Assembly (NCBI GenBank): GCA_038882955.1
Contig: JAVZNC010000001.1
Coordinates: forward strand, 1 to 64,000
DNA: 64,000 nucleotides
Reading direction: 5' to 3'
From: Candidatus Bathyarchaeia archaeon
GTDB taxonomy: Archaea; Thermoproteota; Bathyarchaeia; Bathyarchaeales; Bathycorpusculaceae
This document shows, one piece after another, positions 18,472 to 29,214 of the stretch (positions are counted from its first letter, which is position 1; every line of letters starts with the position of its first letter). A program made the translations under genes and the position numbers. Under the pieces are notes generated by a model, which saw only the letters and a list, made by a program, of their open reading frames with translations, did no database searches and was not told where the DNA came from.

Positions 18472-19314
18472 ATGATGAAAGAGACGTGGCTGAAGCATTT
18501 GCTAGAGTTGGAACAACTTATAAAAACAGTGATTCTCGGTTTGATTCAGGGCTTTACCGAGTGGCTTCCAATTTCGAGCACCGGGCATTTGAAGGTGGCT
18601 GAACGCTTTCTGCAGTTTTCATCTCCCAGAGACTCGCTTGTTCTTGATTTTGTCCTTCACATTGGAACACTGGTTGTCGTGATGTTCTTCTTTAGAAGGG
18701 AAATTAAAGAAATATTGCGTGCTCTTGTAAGGCTAGATTTCAAAACGGAAAATGGAAAACTCGTGCCATTAATCGTTATTGGAACAATACCCGCCATAAC
18801 AGTTGGACTTCTCCTAGAAAAGACTGCAGAAGAGCAAATAGCGCAAAATTTCACTTTAATCGGAATGGCTTTTGTCCTATGCGGAGTCATACTCTATTTT
18901 TCGAAAATGGGAACAGACAAGAAAGACGAAATAGATTTTTCAACAGCAATTATGGTCGGCATTGCAGAGGGCATAGCAATAATCCCAGGACTTTCAAGAA
19001 GCGGACTAACAATCGCGGCGGCGCTCCTTTTGGGCTTGAAACGCGAAAAAGCCTTCAAATTCTCTTTTCTGCTTTCAATTCCAGCAGTTATTGGCGCCAT
19101 AAGCTACACATTTTACACGGAACACGACGCGTTGGCATCTTCGGGTTTGGGTTTAACAGAAATTCTTGTAGGCGTTATTGTAGCTATGTTTGCTGGATAT
19201 TTTGCTTTGAAAATTCTCTGGAAGACTTTGGCAGTTAAGAAATTTCACTTTTTTGCATTCTACTGTTGGCTTATGGGCGTGATAATTATTGCTTTTGGTT
19301 TAAGCGGTTTCTAA
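18472..19314 (+). CDS. uppP: undecaprenyl-diphosphate phosphatase (BacA family)
   Basis: GLIQGFTEWLPISSTGH, PGLSRSG, FSFLLSIPA. Confidence 0.93.
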   Translation: MMKETWLKHLLELEQLIKTVILGLIQGFTEWLPISSTGHLKVAERFLQFSSPRDSLVLDFVLHIGTLVVVMFFFRREIKEILRALVRLDFKTENGKLVPLIVIGTIPAITVGLLLEKTAEEQIAQNFTLIGMAFVLCGVILYFSKMGTDKKDEIDFSTAIMVGIAEGIAIIPGLSRSGLTIAAALLLGLKREKAFKFSFLLSIPAVIGAISYTFYTEHDALASSGLGLTEILVGVIVAMFAGYFALKILWKTLAVKKFHFFAFYCWLMGVIIIAFGLSGF

Positions 19315-20724
19315 CCAGCGAGGCTTCCCTAAAAGAAAATCTGTTAAGAACTTTGCAAATTCCTTGTTTCGCATGTAAATATCGGCTATTTCATCGTTAA
19401 CAAGTACTTTAAACCCTTCACGCATTTTCTTCGAGATTTCTTCCGCGACGCCCGCGCTTCTCCCGCCATCCTTCAGTTTTTCCTTGAGTAAAGAAGCAGC
19501 ATCAGTGCACATTCTACGAATTTCGACAACCCATCGCCCATCTTCAATGTAGGGTCCAGATATCGTTTCCACGTTTCCAACATATTTTTTGAGAAAGTTT
19601 TCGCATTCCCTAGCCTTCTCCATCGGCGGTCCCAAATGCTTCTTTATTTGCGGCAATACCCTTTGTTCAAGTTCAAATACGAACATGTTAAGCATTTTTT
19701 CGTCGCTCCACACAGTTTGCCTCAAAACCTTAAAGTCGTTAAGCTGAAGTAGTTTGCCCAGTGAACGCTGTGTCTTGTAGAGTTGTCCCCATAGAACGTC
19801 TGGCACTGCGTCAACCTTTCCAAATGTTATGAAAATTGCCGCTGAACCACGCTTCCTAAATTCTTCCTTAAGTTCCTTCATGGTTAATACTGGTTTTTCT
19901 GGCGGATAAAAGAAGCCTATGCTTGGATTTTTCAGGAAGCTTCTGGACGCTGCAATAAACGTGTAAAGCTTTTGCGGTTGCACAGCAGAAGCCACGTTCC
20001 TTCCCTTATCAACAGGATCCACAAGCACTAGGGGTTCTGGGAAAAGAAGCGCAAGCTCATCCTGCCTCTTTTTGTAATGGTTTTCAATGTCTATGACAAG
20101 GCGTTGCTTGGCTTCTGCGAACGCCTTCAACGTGCCAATGAAACTTTTGTAGTGCAAGATTAGGAGTTCGCATAGGTAACCGCTGAATCCACCGACTTTT
20201 ATTTCGGCACCATAAACGCCTATGCCCTTCATAAACCTCTTCAGCAAGCGCACCTCGTCCCGCATCTTCGCTGATAAATGCTTTTTAATGTAATCCGTGT
20301 GGTACGGCGTTCTATCTGTAGCGCTTAGCCACTCGCCGCGCTTCACATCATAACATGGTACGATGTTAACTCTTACGCCTTCAACAATAGCCTCGAGATA
20401 TGGATGTTCAGCAAACCTTTCAATTTGTTTGGAACCTTCTGTGGCTTTTCTAGCAATTTTTAGGCAGACTTCGCCGAGCGATTTTCTAGGAATTGATGTT
20501 GGAACACGCATGAAAATGTCAATGTCCGGCTCCTCGCTGAGCCAGGTGTCTTTTGCAACGGAACCCTCAAGTCGCACTGTTGCGTTTACGCCCAAAACTT
20601 TGCATGCGGAAATAACTTTTCTCTCCACTTTTTCAGCTAAAGCCTCAATTTTTTCCCGTTCTTCCTTTTTTGGCTTTATGCGCCCCAAAACCGCATTAAG
20701 GATTTTTCCGATTCCCTCTCGCAT
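19300..20724 (-). CDS. cca: archaeal CCA-adding enzyme
   Basis: GSVAKDTWL..DIDIF, AEHPY, DRTPYH, GGFSGYLCELL. Confidence 0.95.
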   Translation of the reverse strand: MREGIGKILNAVLGRIKPKKEEREKIEALAEKVERKVISACKVLGVNATVRLEGSVAKDTWLSEEPDIDIFMRVPTSIPRKSLGEVCLKIARKATEGSKQIERFAEHPYLEAIVEGVRVNIVPCYDVKRGEWLSATDRTPYHTDYIKKHLSAKMRDEVRLLKRFMKGIGVYGAEIKVGGFSGYLCELLILHYKSFIGTLKAFAEAKQRLVIDIENHYKKRQDELALLFPEPLVLVDPVDKGRNVASAVQPQKLYTFIAASRSFLKNPSIGFFYPPEKPVLTMKELKEEFRKRGSAAIFITFGKVDAVPDVLWGQLYKTQRSLGKLLQLNDFKVLRQTVWSDEKMLNMFVFELEQRVLPQIKKHLGPPMEKARECENFLKKYVGNVETISGPYIEDGRWVVEIRRMCTDAASLLKEKLKDGGRSAGVAEEISKKMREGFKVLVNDEIADIYMRNKEFAKFLTDFLLGKPRWLETA

Positions 20725-20745
20725 AAACTCGCCTTTTCTCCTACG

Positions 20746-21315
20746 CTATTTTTGTGGGCAATGCTCCTTGAGGGTTGAGTATATTGGTCCTTTTGGTGTT
20801 AGGTCGCTTCTCTTCAGCCTTAAACAAGCCGCCCACACTGTTCCAAAATCATAGTTTATGTTTTGGTTTAGGCATTTAGCCAACTCTGCCTTGTTTCTTC
20901 CAGACTTCACCCTCGCAATTGTCAGGTGTGGACTAAAACCTTTTGGGTCTGGCGCAAAACCCAAACTGCGCAAACGCGGCTCAATCTGGTTAAAGATTTC
21001 TTTCAGTTGGAGCGCGCCTTCTGTTATTCCAGCCCATAAAACGCGCGGGTAATGCATGTTCGGAAAAGCGCCTACGCCGCTTATTTTTACATTAAAGGGC
21101 GTAAACTGCACTTTCTTAAGTTCTTCGCCAATTTTTTCAACGGTGGCGCTTGTTATGTTTCCAAGAAACCTTATGGTTATGTGAATGTTTTTTGGTTCAA
21201 CAAGCTTCAAATCCGCGCCGGTTCCCAATAACAATTTTTGCACATCACTTATTCTTTTAAGGATTGACTCGTCCTCTATGTCGAAGGCTATAAAGCTTCT
21301 GATGGTTTCAAGCAT
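20746..21315 (-). CDS. thpR: RNA 2',3'-cyclic phosphodiesterase (2H family)
   Basis: Two HxT motifs (HITIRF, HLTIAR); start set at ATG 21315. Confidence 0.92.
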   Translation of the reverse strand: MLETIRSFIAFDIEDESILKRISDVQKLLLGTGADLKLVEPKNIHITIRFLGNITSATVEKIGEELKKVQFTPFNVKISGVGAFPNMHYPRVLWAGITEGALQLKEIFNQIEPRLRSLGFAPDPKGFSPHLTIARVKSGRNKAELAKCLNQNINYDFGTVWAACLRLKRSDLTPKGPIYSTLKEHCPQK

Positions 21316-21416
21316 CTGCCATTCCTTCGCATATTCTTTATAGGCTTTTCCATAAATGCTTTTAACATAAAAGAGCACTGTAATAGCCAGTTAATTCAAA
21401 TTTAACGTGGTGCACA

Positions 21417-21992
21417 ATGACGGTGAACAAGGTGGATAAGCTTGTGGTCGGCGTTGCAGGTATGCCGGGCGCTGGAAAATCTGTCGTAGTTGATGTTGCG
21501 GAGGGAATGGGTTATGATGTTGTTGTTATGGGTGACGTTGTGCGGGAGGAAGCGCGGAGGAAAGGTTTGGAATGCACTCCTGAAAACCTTGGAAAGGTTA
21601 TGATTGAGTTGAGGCTTCAAGAAGGAAAAAGTGCGATAGCGAAACGGTGCATACCAAAAATTATGGAAGCGAAAAGGGAAAAAGTAATAGTTGATGGCAT
21701 AAGAAGCATGGCAGAAGTTGAAGAATTTAAGAGGCATTTTCAAAAGTTCACGTTAATTGCCATTAAGGCGTCTCCGGAAACAAGGTTTAAACGCTTATAC
21801 CACCGTAAGAGAAGCGACGACCCGAAAAATTGGGAAATATTCAGCGAAAGGGACAGGCGGGAATTGTCGGTCGGGCTTGGGGAAGCCATAGCTAAAGCTG
21901 ATTATACGATAGATAATGAATGCTCAGTGAGGGTTGTTAAGGAGCAGATTGCAGAGGTTTTGAGGACGGTTGAGGAGAAATGGATGACGTGA
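21417..21992 (+). CDS. P-loop nucleotide kinase-like protein (UPF0200)
   Basis: GMPGAGKS, MGDVVREE, VDGIRS. Confidence 0.85.
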   Translation: MTVNKVDKLVVGVAGMPGAGKSVVVDVAEGMGYDVVVMGDVVREEARRKGLECTPENLGKVMIELRLQEGKSAIAKRCIPKIMEAKREKVIVDGIRSMAEVEEFKRHFQKFTLIAIKASPETRFKRLYHRKRSDDPKNWEIFSERDRRELSVGLGEAIAKADYTIDNECSVRVVKEQIAEVLRTVEEKWMT

Positions 21993-22375
21993 AAGTTTTC
22001 GTTGAGGTTGAAGTTAATCCAACGGAAGATGAGGACAAAGTTAAACGTGCCGTCGAAAACATTTTTGGAAACTTGCAATTCCAATCAAGACAATCGCATA
22101 AAGGAATCACGTTATTGGGCGAGGCTAAGGGGCTTGAGGCGATCACAAAACTTTACAATTTGCTGAGGAGAGAACGCATCCGCGACGCTGCAAGAAGCGT
22201 ATTCTTTGAGGGAATGAATGAGAGAACTATAAATTTCTGTTTAAATAAACAAGCCGCATTTGCTGGGCACATCTCATTTTCCAAAGAGACGGCAGAATCG
22301 CCATTAGGACCGATAAGGGTTAGAATAGAATGCGCAAATCCAAGAGAATTAATTGAGTGGCTTGTCTCAAAATAA
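21980..22375 (+). CDS. UPF0201/DUF54 RNA-binding protein
   Basis: PTEDEDKVKRAVENIF, LNKQAAFAG, SPLGPI. Confidence 0.85.
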   Translation: MDDVKVFVEVEVNPTEDEDKVKRAVENIFGNLQFQSRQSHKGITLLGEAKGLEAITKLYNLLRRERIRDAARSVFFEGMNERTINFCLNKQAAFAGHISFSKETAESPLGPIRVRIECANPRELIEWLVSK

Positions 22376-22471
22376 AGCGAAATTATGCAAAATAAGTTTA
22401 GCAGTTTACAGGCAAAGGACAAAGTTTATTGCGACTTTAATCAATGATTTTCTTGTGAACGGTGCTGACTA

Positions 22472-23473
22472 TTGTCTTCAAAAGCCACAATAACGCCTCG
22501 CGGGGCCATTCTGCTTGGAAGCCGCGTGGCTTGTGATGCTCACGAAGAAGCTAGACCGTTGAGGGTCGTGACCCATGCGCACGCTGACCACATGGTTGGA
22601 CTGCAACGAAGCCTAAGAACATGTGAAAAGGTTTTGATGACCCCCGCCACGAAAGATTTGATTGATGTCATGAAGAGTCCGCTTTTTCTTATGAGCGGGT
22701 TTGTTGAAACACTTGATTATGGCAGAACTTTGCAGTACGAGGAAGAGCGAATAACACTTTTTATGGCGGATCACATACTTGGCGCAGCGCAGGTGCTTGT
22801 TGAGGATGCAGAGGGAACGCGGATCGTTTATACTGGGGATTTTAGGATTGATGAGACCCCAGTTTTGGAGGCTGATGTCCTCGTTATAGAAGCGACTTAT
22901 GGAAGTCCAAACTGTAGGCGCTCTTTTGACAGGAATGTTAGGGATTTGCTTGTTTCAATTGTTGAGGAAGGACTGAAAAGTGGGGTGGTTTACGTTTTTG
23001 GTTATCATGGCAAGCTTCAAGAGGCAATGCAAATTTTGCATAATGCAAACGTTAAGGCGCCTTTTGTTGTTCCAGAGAGGGTTTTTCACGTTTCTAGAAT
23101 CTGCGAAAAGCATGGCATGCATCTTGGGCGTCTAATCCTCTCTGACGAACGGGAAGCGAAAGAACTGCTTGAGAAAAATTCGCCTTGCATTGCCTTTTAT
23201 CATATGAATTCTCGGGATAGGTTCGGCAATGAATGTTTTAGGGTTTACGTTAGTGGTTGGGAGTTTGATATGCCTTGCCGCGAAATTTCTGAAAGAGAGT
23301 ATATCATTGCCTTAAGTGACCATTCGGATTTTAATGGTTTAATGGAGTATGTTAGGCGTTCTAAGCCGAAGTTTGTTGTTACAGACAATTTTCGGGTTGG
23401 TTATGCTGAAACTTTGGCTAAGGAAATCAAAAAGCGTTTTGGGACTTCAGCTGTGGCTTTGCCTAAGCGTTAG
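22472..23473 (+). CDS. MBL-fold (beta-CASP-like) nuclease
   Basis: THAHADH, HILGA, YTGDF, EATYG, LSDHSD. Confidence 0.88.
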   Translation: MSSKATITPRGAILLGSRVACDAHEEARPLRVVTHAHADHMVGLQRSLRTCEKVLMTPATKDLIDVMKSPLFLMSGFVETLDYGRTLQYEEERITLFMADHILGAAQVLVEDAEGTRIVYTGDFRIDETPVLEADVLVIEATYGSPNCRRSFDRNVRDLLVSIVEEGLKSGVVYVFGYHGKLQEAMQILHNANVKAPFVVPERVFHVSRICEKHGMHLGRLILSDEREAKELLEKNSPCIAFYHMNSRDRFGNECFRVYVSGWEFDMPCREISEREYIIALSDHSDFNGLMEYVRRSKPKFVVTDNFRVGYAETLAKEIKKRFGTSAVALPKR

Positions 23474-23550
23474 GCTTTTGTGGCGAAAAGAGTGGTGTAG
23501 TGAATATTACGACAAAAGATTTATCTCCTTCCACGACACGTTTTATTGTA

Positions 23551-23575
23551 GAATTCGGATTTAGATTCCGAATTC
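23551..23575. promoter_or_regulatory. 9-bp inverted repeat GAATTCGGA-N7-TCCGAATTC upstream of a TATA box
   Basis: Read directly; just upstream of CTTAAATA at ~23582. Confidence 0.5.
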
Positions 23576-23610
23576 ACACATCTTAAATAAGCAGAAACAA
23601 GACATTCCGA

Positions 23611-24330
23611 GTGCGAATCGCAATGCCCTCCCCACTACAACCAGAGTTCTTCGCACTGCTAGGCATAGACCTCTTCCTAGCGATAAGCCTACTGACATGC
23701 CTACTCGACAAGCATTTTCCATGGCAGCTGCCCTACGTCTATCAGTTAGCGGCTCTTGCTGGTTTTGGACAACTGCTCATAAACCGCGAGTTTATGGCGA
23801 TGTTCGGTGAGTACATGCGCTTCTGGGGAAGCCTCCTCTACCTAATCGTGGCATTGGCAAACATCGTCGCCATAAACGCGTACCTAGGCGTAATAAAGAA
23901 GCTGTTCGCATACGCGAAAGTCTTCATGTTCACAGTAACATTCCCAGCCGTAACGCTGTCTGCCTTCTTCGTAACAAGTTATACGGAAATTGCCACGCAT
24001 CCGCTTGTGATGCTTCCGGCGCTTTCTTGGGAAGCCACGTTCATAGGCATAGTCGCTTTTGACACGCTTGTAGTGGGAGTGGGCACATACGTGTTCTTCA
24101 AGCCGAAATGGTGGTACATCGCCCTGGGTGCAGGCGCAGCGATAATCGGCTCAAGCCTATACGTTCTTGTTAAGCCTTCGTGGGGAGCGGCAGCCTTCGT
24201 GATTTCAGCCATAGCCCTAGCATTAGCCTGCATCCTAGTCCTAGGCGTAAGCATCTACGTACTCGCAAGAATATGGGTAGAAACCCTAAAAGAAAGAAAG
24301 AAGAGAAAAGGAGGTGAAACAACAAAATGA
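23611..24330 (+). CDS. multi-TM membrane protein
   Basis: About 7 hydrophobic segments, basic C-terminal tail. Confidence 0.75.
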   Translation: MRIAMPSPLQPEFFALLGIDLFLAISLLTCLLDKHFPWQLPYVYQLAALAGFGQLLINREFMAMFGEYMRFWGSLLYLIVALANIVAINAYLGVIKKLFAYAKVFMFTVTFPAVTLSAFFVTSYTEIATHPLVMLPALSWEATFIGIVAFDTLVVGVGTYVFFKPKWWYIALGAGAAIIGSSLYVLVKPSWGAAAFVISAIALALACILVLGVSIYVLARIWVETLKERKKRKGGETTK

Positions 24331-24866
24331 AAACCAATTATAAAAAAATAATAAAACTAGCAACGCTACTAGCAACATCGCTGCTAATAGCCACAACAAG
24401 TGCCCAAGTTTACACACAGATGTTTCTAACTGCACATGTGGGAGTTGCGGGATTATCATTGAAATGGGTTCAAGGATCTAATGAGAATGTGACTGCTAAT
24501 ATCGCTGGCTCTACATGTACACTTAATGGATTACAAGGCTATCCAGGCCAAACAGCATTATTCAATGATACTGTAAGAATCACAAATGCGGGATCAAGTA
24601 CGGTTACGTTTAATATAACAACCACACAATGCACAGGCGACACAAGCAAATTGACATCAATTTATGTAAGGATATACGATTCCACTAGCGGTAACCTATT
24701 GCATAGCTTAACTGTTTGGAGTGGCGGCGGCACAGGTAGTCCTTTAACAAACCTTCAAATTGACGCTGGTGCAACATGGAAATTATCATGGGAGATTACA
24801 TGGTCTAATGATGCGACAGTCTCTAATTATGTCGACGTAACATTGAGGCTGGATGTAAACTCATAA
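24327..24866 (+). CDS. secreted Thr/Ser-rich beta-sandwich-like surface protein
   Basis: Signal-like N-terminus; GGAGGTGA SD; ATGA overlap with the upstream gene. Confidence 0.75.
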   Translation: MKTNYKKIIKLATLLATSLLIATTSAQVYTQMFLTAHVGVAGLSLKWVQGSNENVTANIAGSTCTLNGLQGYPGQTALFNDTVRITNAGSSTVTFNITTTQCTGDTSKLTSIYVRIYDSTSGNLLHSLTVWSGGGTGSPLTNLQIDAGATWKLSWEITWSNDATVSNYVDVTLRLDVNS

Positions 24867-25044
24867 AATCCCCCCTTATTTTTCTAAACCTTCCTAAATT
24901 TTGAAGTATGCAGCATTGTTGACTTTAGTTTATATTCCGCACTAAGTTTAGCAAGCAAAATTACCAATAAATAAAGCAGCAGAGTTCACTAACCTTTAAA
25001 AGTAAAGCATACTTTGAATGTTCAGCAGATACGAGATGATATGC

Positions 25045-26322
25045 ATGAGTAAGTCGTCTTTGGTTTCGGGTTTCTATAAGCTCAGCCCAAAAGAGCGTTT
25101 GGCTTTTGTTAAGGAGTTTGCTGGCTTAACTAATGAGGAAGCTGCTTTGTTGCAGAATACTGGTAGTCTGCCTTTAGATTTGGCTGACCGCATGATTGAG
25201 AACGTTGTTGGCGCCATTCCAGTTCCCTTAGGCATAGCCGTCAACTTCCTAATAAACAAGCGCGATTACCTTATTCCAATGGCTATTGAAGAACCTTCCG
25301 TTGTTGCTGCCGCGAGCTACGCGGCGAAGATGGCACGCGACGGCGGAGGCTTCTATGCAAGTAGCACGCCGCCGATAATGATTGGGCAAGTTCAAGCAGT
25401 TGGCATAAAAGACCCTTACGCGGCTAGACTGCGCGTATTAGGGGCGAAAGAAGAAATTTTGAAGAAGGCGAACGACCAAGACCCAGTTCTCGTTTCAGTG
25501 GGCGGAGGCGCAAAAGACCTAGACGCAAAAGTTATACACACAACGCATGGACCGATGGTTATTACGGAATTGCATGTGGACTGCCGAGATGCCATGGGCG
25601 CTAACGCTGTAAACACCATGTGTGAAGCTGTCGCGCCACTAATAGAGCGCATAACTGGCGGACGCGTTTACCTACGGATTATATCGAATTTGGCTGTTAA
25701 GCGCCTGGCAAGGGCATGGTGCACCATTCCAAAAGAGGCTGTTGGCGGAGAAGAAGTTGTAGACGGCATAGTGAACGCTTGGGCTTTCGCAGCTGCAGAC
25801 CCCTATCGGGCGGCTACGCATAATAAGGGCATAATGAACGGCATAATAGCCGTAATAATTGCCACATGCAACGACCACCGCGCAATCGAAGCCGGCGCAC
25901 ACGCCTACGCAGCAAGAAACGGGCAGTACACGACGCTTTCTACTTGGGAGAAGAACGAAAACGGCGATTTGGTTGGCTCTATTGAGTTGCCGATGGCAGT
26001 CGGTCTAATAGGCGGAGCAGTGCGAACACATCCCATAGCGCGCATAGCACTAAAAATACTTGGCGTAAAAACTGCAAACGAGTTCGCAGAAGTTTTAGCC
26101 GCGGTTGGTTTAGCCCAAAACCTAGGCGCATTACGCGCCCTAGCACATGAAGGCATACAACGCGGACACATGTCGCTGCACGCAAGAAACATAGCCATAG
26201 CCGCTGGCGCAACTGGCGAACTGATAGATTTGGTTGCTGAAAAGATGGTTGAAGAACGCAAAATCCGCATGGACAGAGCCAAGGAACTAATAGAACAGTT
26301 TAAAGCCTCTGGAAAAACATAA
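25045..26322 (+). CDS. mvaA: HMG-CoA reductase, class II
   Basis: ENVVG, EEPSVVAAAS, DAMGAN, THNKGIMNG, GIQRGHMSLH. Confidence 0.93.
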   Translation: MSKSSLVSGFYKLSPKERLAFVKEFAGLTNEEAALLQNTGSLPLDLADRMIENVVGAIPVPLGIAVNFLINKRDYLIPMAIEEPSVVAAASYAAKMARDGGGFYASSTPPIMIGQVQAVGIKDPYAARLRVLGAKEEILKKANDQDPVLVSVGGGAKDLDAKVIHTTHGPMVITELHVDCRDAMGANAVNTMCEAVAPLIERITGGRVYLRIISNLAVKRLARAWCTIPKEAVGGEEVVDGIVNAWAFAAADPYRAATHNKGIMNGIIAVIIATCNDHRAIEAGAHAYAARNGQYTTLSTWEKNENGDLVGSIELPMAVGLIGGAVRTHPIARIALKILGVKTANEFAEVLAAVGLAQNLGALRALAHEGIQRGHMSLHARNIAIAAGATGELIDLVAEKMVEERKIRMDRAKELIEQFKASGKT

Positions 26323-26363
26323 GTTTACACGAATTTAAAGCCAGTTTTGGAAGACTGTGGAAG

Positions 26364-27254
26364 ATGAAGATAATACCTGGACCAGCGTCAAAGGAGCTAG
26401 GCGAAAAAATAGCGCAAACACTAAAAGTTGAAGTTGTTCCAGTAGCCTTCAAAACTTTTCCAGACGGCGAATCCTACATACGCTTTGAAACAGAAACCTT
26501 GAAAAACGAAGATGTTGTAATCGTACAGACAACAAGTCCACCGCAAGACCAGAGGCTTATACAACTATTTCTTATGGCGGACAACGCCAAGGACATGGAA
26601 GCAAAAAGCATAACCGTTGTCGCACCGTACTTCGCCTATTCGAGGCAAGATAAAAGGTTCATGAAGGGCGAAGCCTTCAGCATAAAAACAATCATGAAGC
26701 TTCTGGAAAACTGCGGCGTAGACAAGCTTATAACAGTAAACGCGCACAGCCCAACAACACTAAAAGCCTTCAAAGTTCCAGTTGTAGACTTGTCGGCTGT
26801 TCCACTGCTTGCTGAATACTTCAAAAATGAAGGATTAGCGGAAAATCCCGTTTCGCTTTCGCTCGGCAAAAAAGCATTAAGCATGGCAACAGAAGCAAAC
26901 GCCATCCTAAAGGGTGGCTTTGACTATATCGCTACAAAGAGAGACGTAACAAGCGGAAACGTCACACTTGAAGAAAAGGCGCTACCAGTCAAAAATAGAG
27001 ACGTGATAATTTTTGATGACATAATAAGCAGCGGTGGAACCATGGCGAAAGCAGTAAAATACGCCAAAAGCCAAGGCGCACGCAAAGTCTATGCTGCTTG
27101 TGTGCACCCGCTTTTGATAGGAGACGCCCAAAAAAGGATTATGGAAAATGGGGCGGATGGAATAGTTGGCACAGACAGCGTCCCAAGCCCAGTGAGCAAG
27201 GTTTCGCTTGCACCATCAATATGTAAAGCCTTAAAGGAGCATAAGAGTGGCTAA
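26364..27254 (+). CDS. prs: ribose-phosphate pyrophosphokinase
   Basis: FPDGE, PYFAYSRQD, DDIISSGGT. Confidence 0.93.
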   Translation: MKIIPGPASKELGEKIAQTLKVEVVPVAFKTFPDGESYIRFETETLKNEDVVIVQTTSPPQDQRLIQLFLMADNAKDMEAKSITVVAPYFAYSRQDKRFMKGEAFSIKTIMKLLENCGVDKLITVNAHSPTTLKAFKVPVVDLSAVPLLAEYFKNEGLAENPVSLSLGKKALSMATEANAILKGGFDYIATKRDVTSGNVTLEEKALPVKNRDVIIFDDIISSGGTMAKAVKYAKSQGARKVYAACVHPLLIGDAQKRIMENGADGIVGTDSVPSPVSKVSLAPSICKALKEHKSG

Positions 27255-28284
27255 ACTCTTCTTTTTACTTTCAGGCGAACACGAAACCCTGCCAGCTTCA
27301 GAGTTAAAAGCCATACTTGAAGCGGAACATTACCCATACACAACAGTGGAGAAACTCGACCAAGTATTAAGGGTCGAAGCAGACGTGAAATGTGTGGAAA
27401 AGGTAAAGTATAGAGCCGCGTTAACGCGACTTTGTGGACTCGAACTTTTCGCATGCAAAGCGGAGATAAATGCAATCGCAAAGTCCCTACGCTCCACAAG
27501 CATAAGCGAATTTTTAGATGGGGGCGAAAGCTTTGCTGTTCGCGTCAAAAGAGTTAAGGAGTATGCAGAAAAACTTGACAGTATGTTTCTTGAAAGGAAA
27601 CTTGGCGAAATAATACTTGACGCACGGGCAAATGCGCGTGTAAGCCTAAAAAATCCAGAAAAAACCTTCGTGGGAATAGTAACAAACGAAAAATTCGTTT
27701 TTGGAGTCAAGCTCGCGGAAATCCCGCCAAAACCCTTCGTTGAAAGACGCCCAAAGAAAAAACCATTCTTCCACCCATCCGCCATGCCGCCGAAACTGGC
27801 AAGATGCATGGTAAACCTAGCAGAACCAGAAAAAGAAGAAACAGTGTTCGACCCGTTCTGCGGAACTGGAAGCATGCTCATAGAAGCCGCACTCATGGGA
27901 TTTAGAGTTTTAGGTTTAGACGCACAAAGGTACATGGCAATGGGAAGCCTCAAAAACCTAGCCCACTTCGGCATAAAACCAGAAGGCATCATAGTTGCAG
28001 ATGCACGAGAGCCACCAGTAAGAGAAGTCGGCTGTATAGTGACAGATCCGCCTTACGGAAAATCAGCTTCAACCCTAAAAAGGACAACGAAACAGCTTGT
28101 TGAAGAAGTTTTAACCGCAGCCACCGACATACTAAAAAGTGGAAAAAGAATTTGCATCGCATCTCCAAAAACGTTGAACATCGGGAAAATCGGTGAAAGC
28201 TTGGGATATAAACACGTGGAGTCCCATTTCGTTTATGTCCACAGAAGCCTAACAAGAGAAATAGCCGTATTCGAAAAGGTGTAA
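27247..28284 (+). CDS. THUMP-domain tRNA (guanine-N2) methyltransferase, Trm11/TrmG10
   Basis: RPxxKPFFHP, LARCMVNL, DPFCGTG, TDPPYG. Confidence 0.88.
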   Translation: MAKLFFLLSGEHETLPASELKAILEAEHYPYTTVEKLDQVLRVEADVKCVEKVKYRAALTRLCGLELFACKAEINAIAKSLRSTSISEFLDGGESFAVRVKRVKEYAEKLDSMFLERKLGEIILDARANARVSLKNPEKTFVGIVTNEKFVFGVKLAEIPPKPFVERRPKKKPFFHPSAMPPKLARCMVNLAEPEKEETVFDPFCGTGSMLIEAALMGFRVLGLDAQRYMAMGSLKNLAHFGIKPEGIIVADAREPPVREVGCIVTDPPYGKSASTLKRTTKQLVEEVLTAATDILKSGKRICIASPKTLNIGKIGESLGYKHVESHFVYVHRSLTREIAVFEKV

Positions 28285-28286
28285 GC

Positions 28287-29210
28287 ATGAGTCTAAACAT
28301 AATCTTCCTAGGCACTGCCGGAAGCGTCCCAACACCAAAAAGAAGCCTACCAGCCATACTAATACAGCGCAAGGGAGAACAGATAATGTTTGACTGCGGA
28401 GAAGGCGTCCAAAGACAAATGGTAAAAGCAAAAATAAGCTTCCACAAAAAAATGAAAATCTTCATAACACATATGCACGGAGACCACGTTCTAGGCTTGC
28501 CCGGACTGCTCCAAACAATGGCTTTGCTTGACAGAGAAAAGAAACTGGAAATTTATGGACCGCTTGGGATAGAACACTTTTTGAAAGCCGTTAGAGAGAC
28601 AGTCCAGTTTGTACTAACATTTCCAATAGAAATACACGAAATAAATGAAGAAGGCACGGTGTGCAAGGAAGACGAATACGTTGTCCAAGCGGTTTGGGCG
28701 AACCATGTCATTCCAAACCTCGCATACGCGTTAACAGAAAAACTGCGTCCAGGAAAATTCTATCCAGAGAAAGCCAAAGCGCTTGGAATTCCAGAAGGAC
28801 CACTATGGTCGAAACTGCAACACGGACACAATGTTAAACTGCCAGATGGAAGAACAATAAAACCAGAAGACGTTGCTGGACCGCCAAGACCTGGAAGAAA
28901 AATCGTTTACACTGGCGACACGAGGCCGTTTAGGGGTTTTGCAAAGTTTGCAGCTAATGCGGACTTAATAATCCATGATGCCACGTTGGACGAAGAGTTA
29001 AGCGAAAGGGCAAGAGAGGATGGGCATTCAACGCCTGAACAAGCGGCAAAAAACGCGAAGAAGGCGCGAGCAAAAAAGCTGATTCTCACGCACATCAGCG
29101 CCAGATACGAGGATGCAGATGTGCTTTTGCAGCAAGCGCAGAAGATTTTTAAGAACACGCTTGTGGCGGAAGACTTCATGAGAATAGAAGTTCCGCTTTT
29201 GGAAGGCTAA
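28287..29210 (+). CDS. rnz: ribonuclease Z
   Basis: FLGTAG, DCGEG, THMHGDH, GP exosite, HST, THISARY. Confidence 0.95.
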   Translation: MSLNIIFLGTAGSVPTPKRSLPAILIQRKGEQIMFDCGEGVQRQMVKAKISFHKKMKIFITHMHGDHVLGLPGLLQTMALLDREKKLEIYGPLGIEHFLKAVRETVQFVLTFPIEIHEINEEGTVCKEDEYVVQAVWANHVIPNLAYALTEKLRPGKFYPEKAKALGIPEGPLWSKLQHGHNVKLPDGRTIKPEDVAGPPRPGRKIVYTGDTRPFRGFAKFAANADLIIHDATLDEELSERAREDGHSTPEQAAKNAKKARAKKLILTHISARYEDADVLLQQAQKIFKNTLVAEDFMRIEVPLLEG

Positions 29211-29214
29211 AAGC

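Noticed and set aside
25045-26322. Class II HMG-CoA reductase as a novelty
   Set aside because: Class II enzymes are already known in several archaeal lineages.
27330-27992. Long antisense ORFs (also 35936-36505, 43794-44348, 61319-61906)
   Set aside because: Shadows of well-supported genes on the opposite strand; no motifs.
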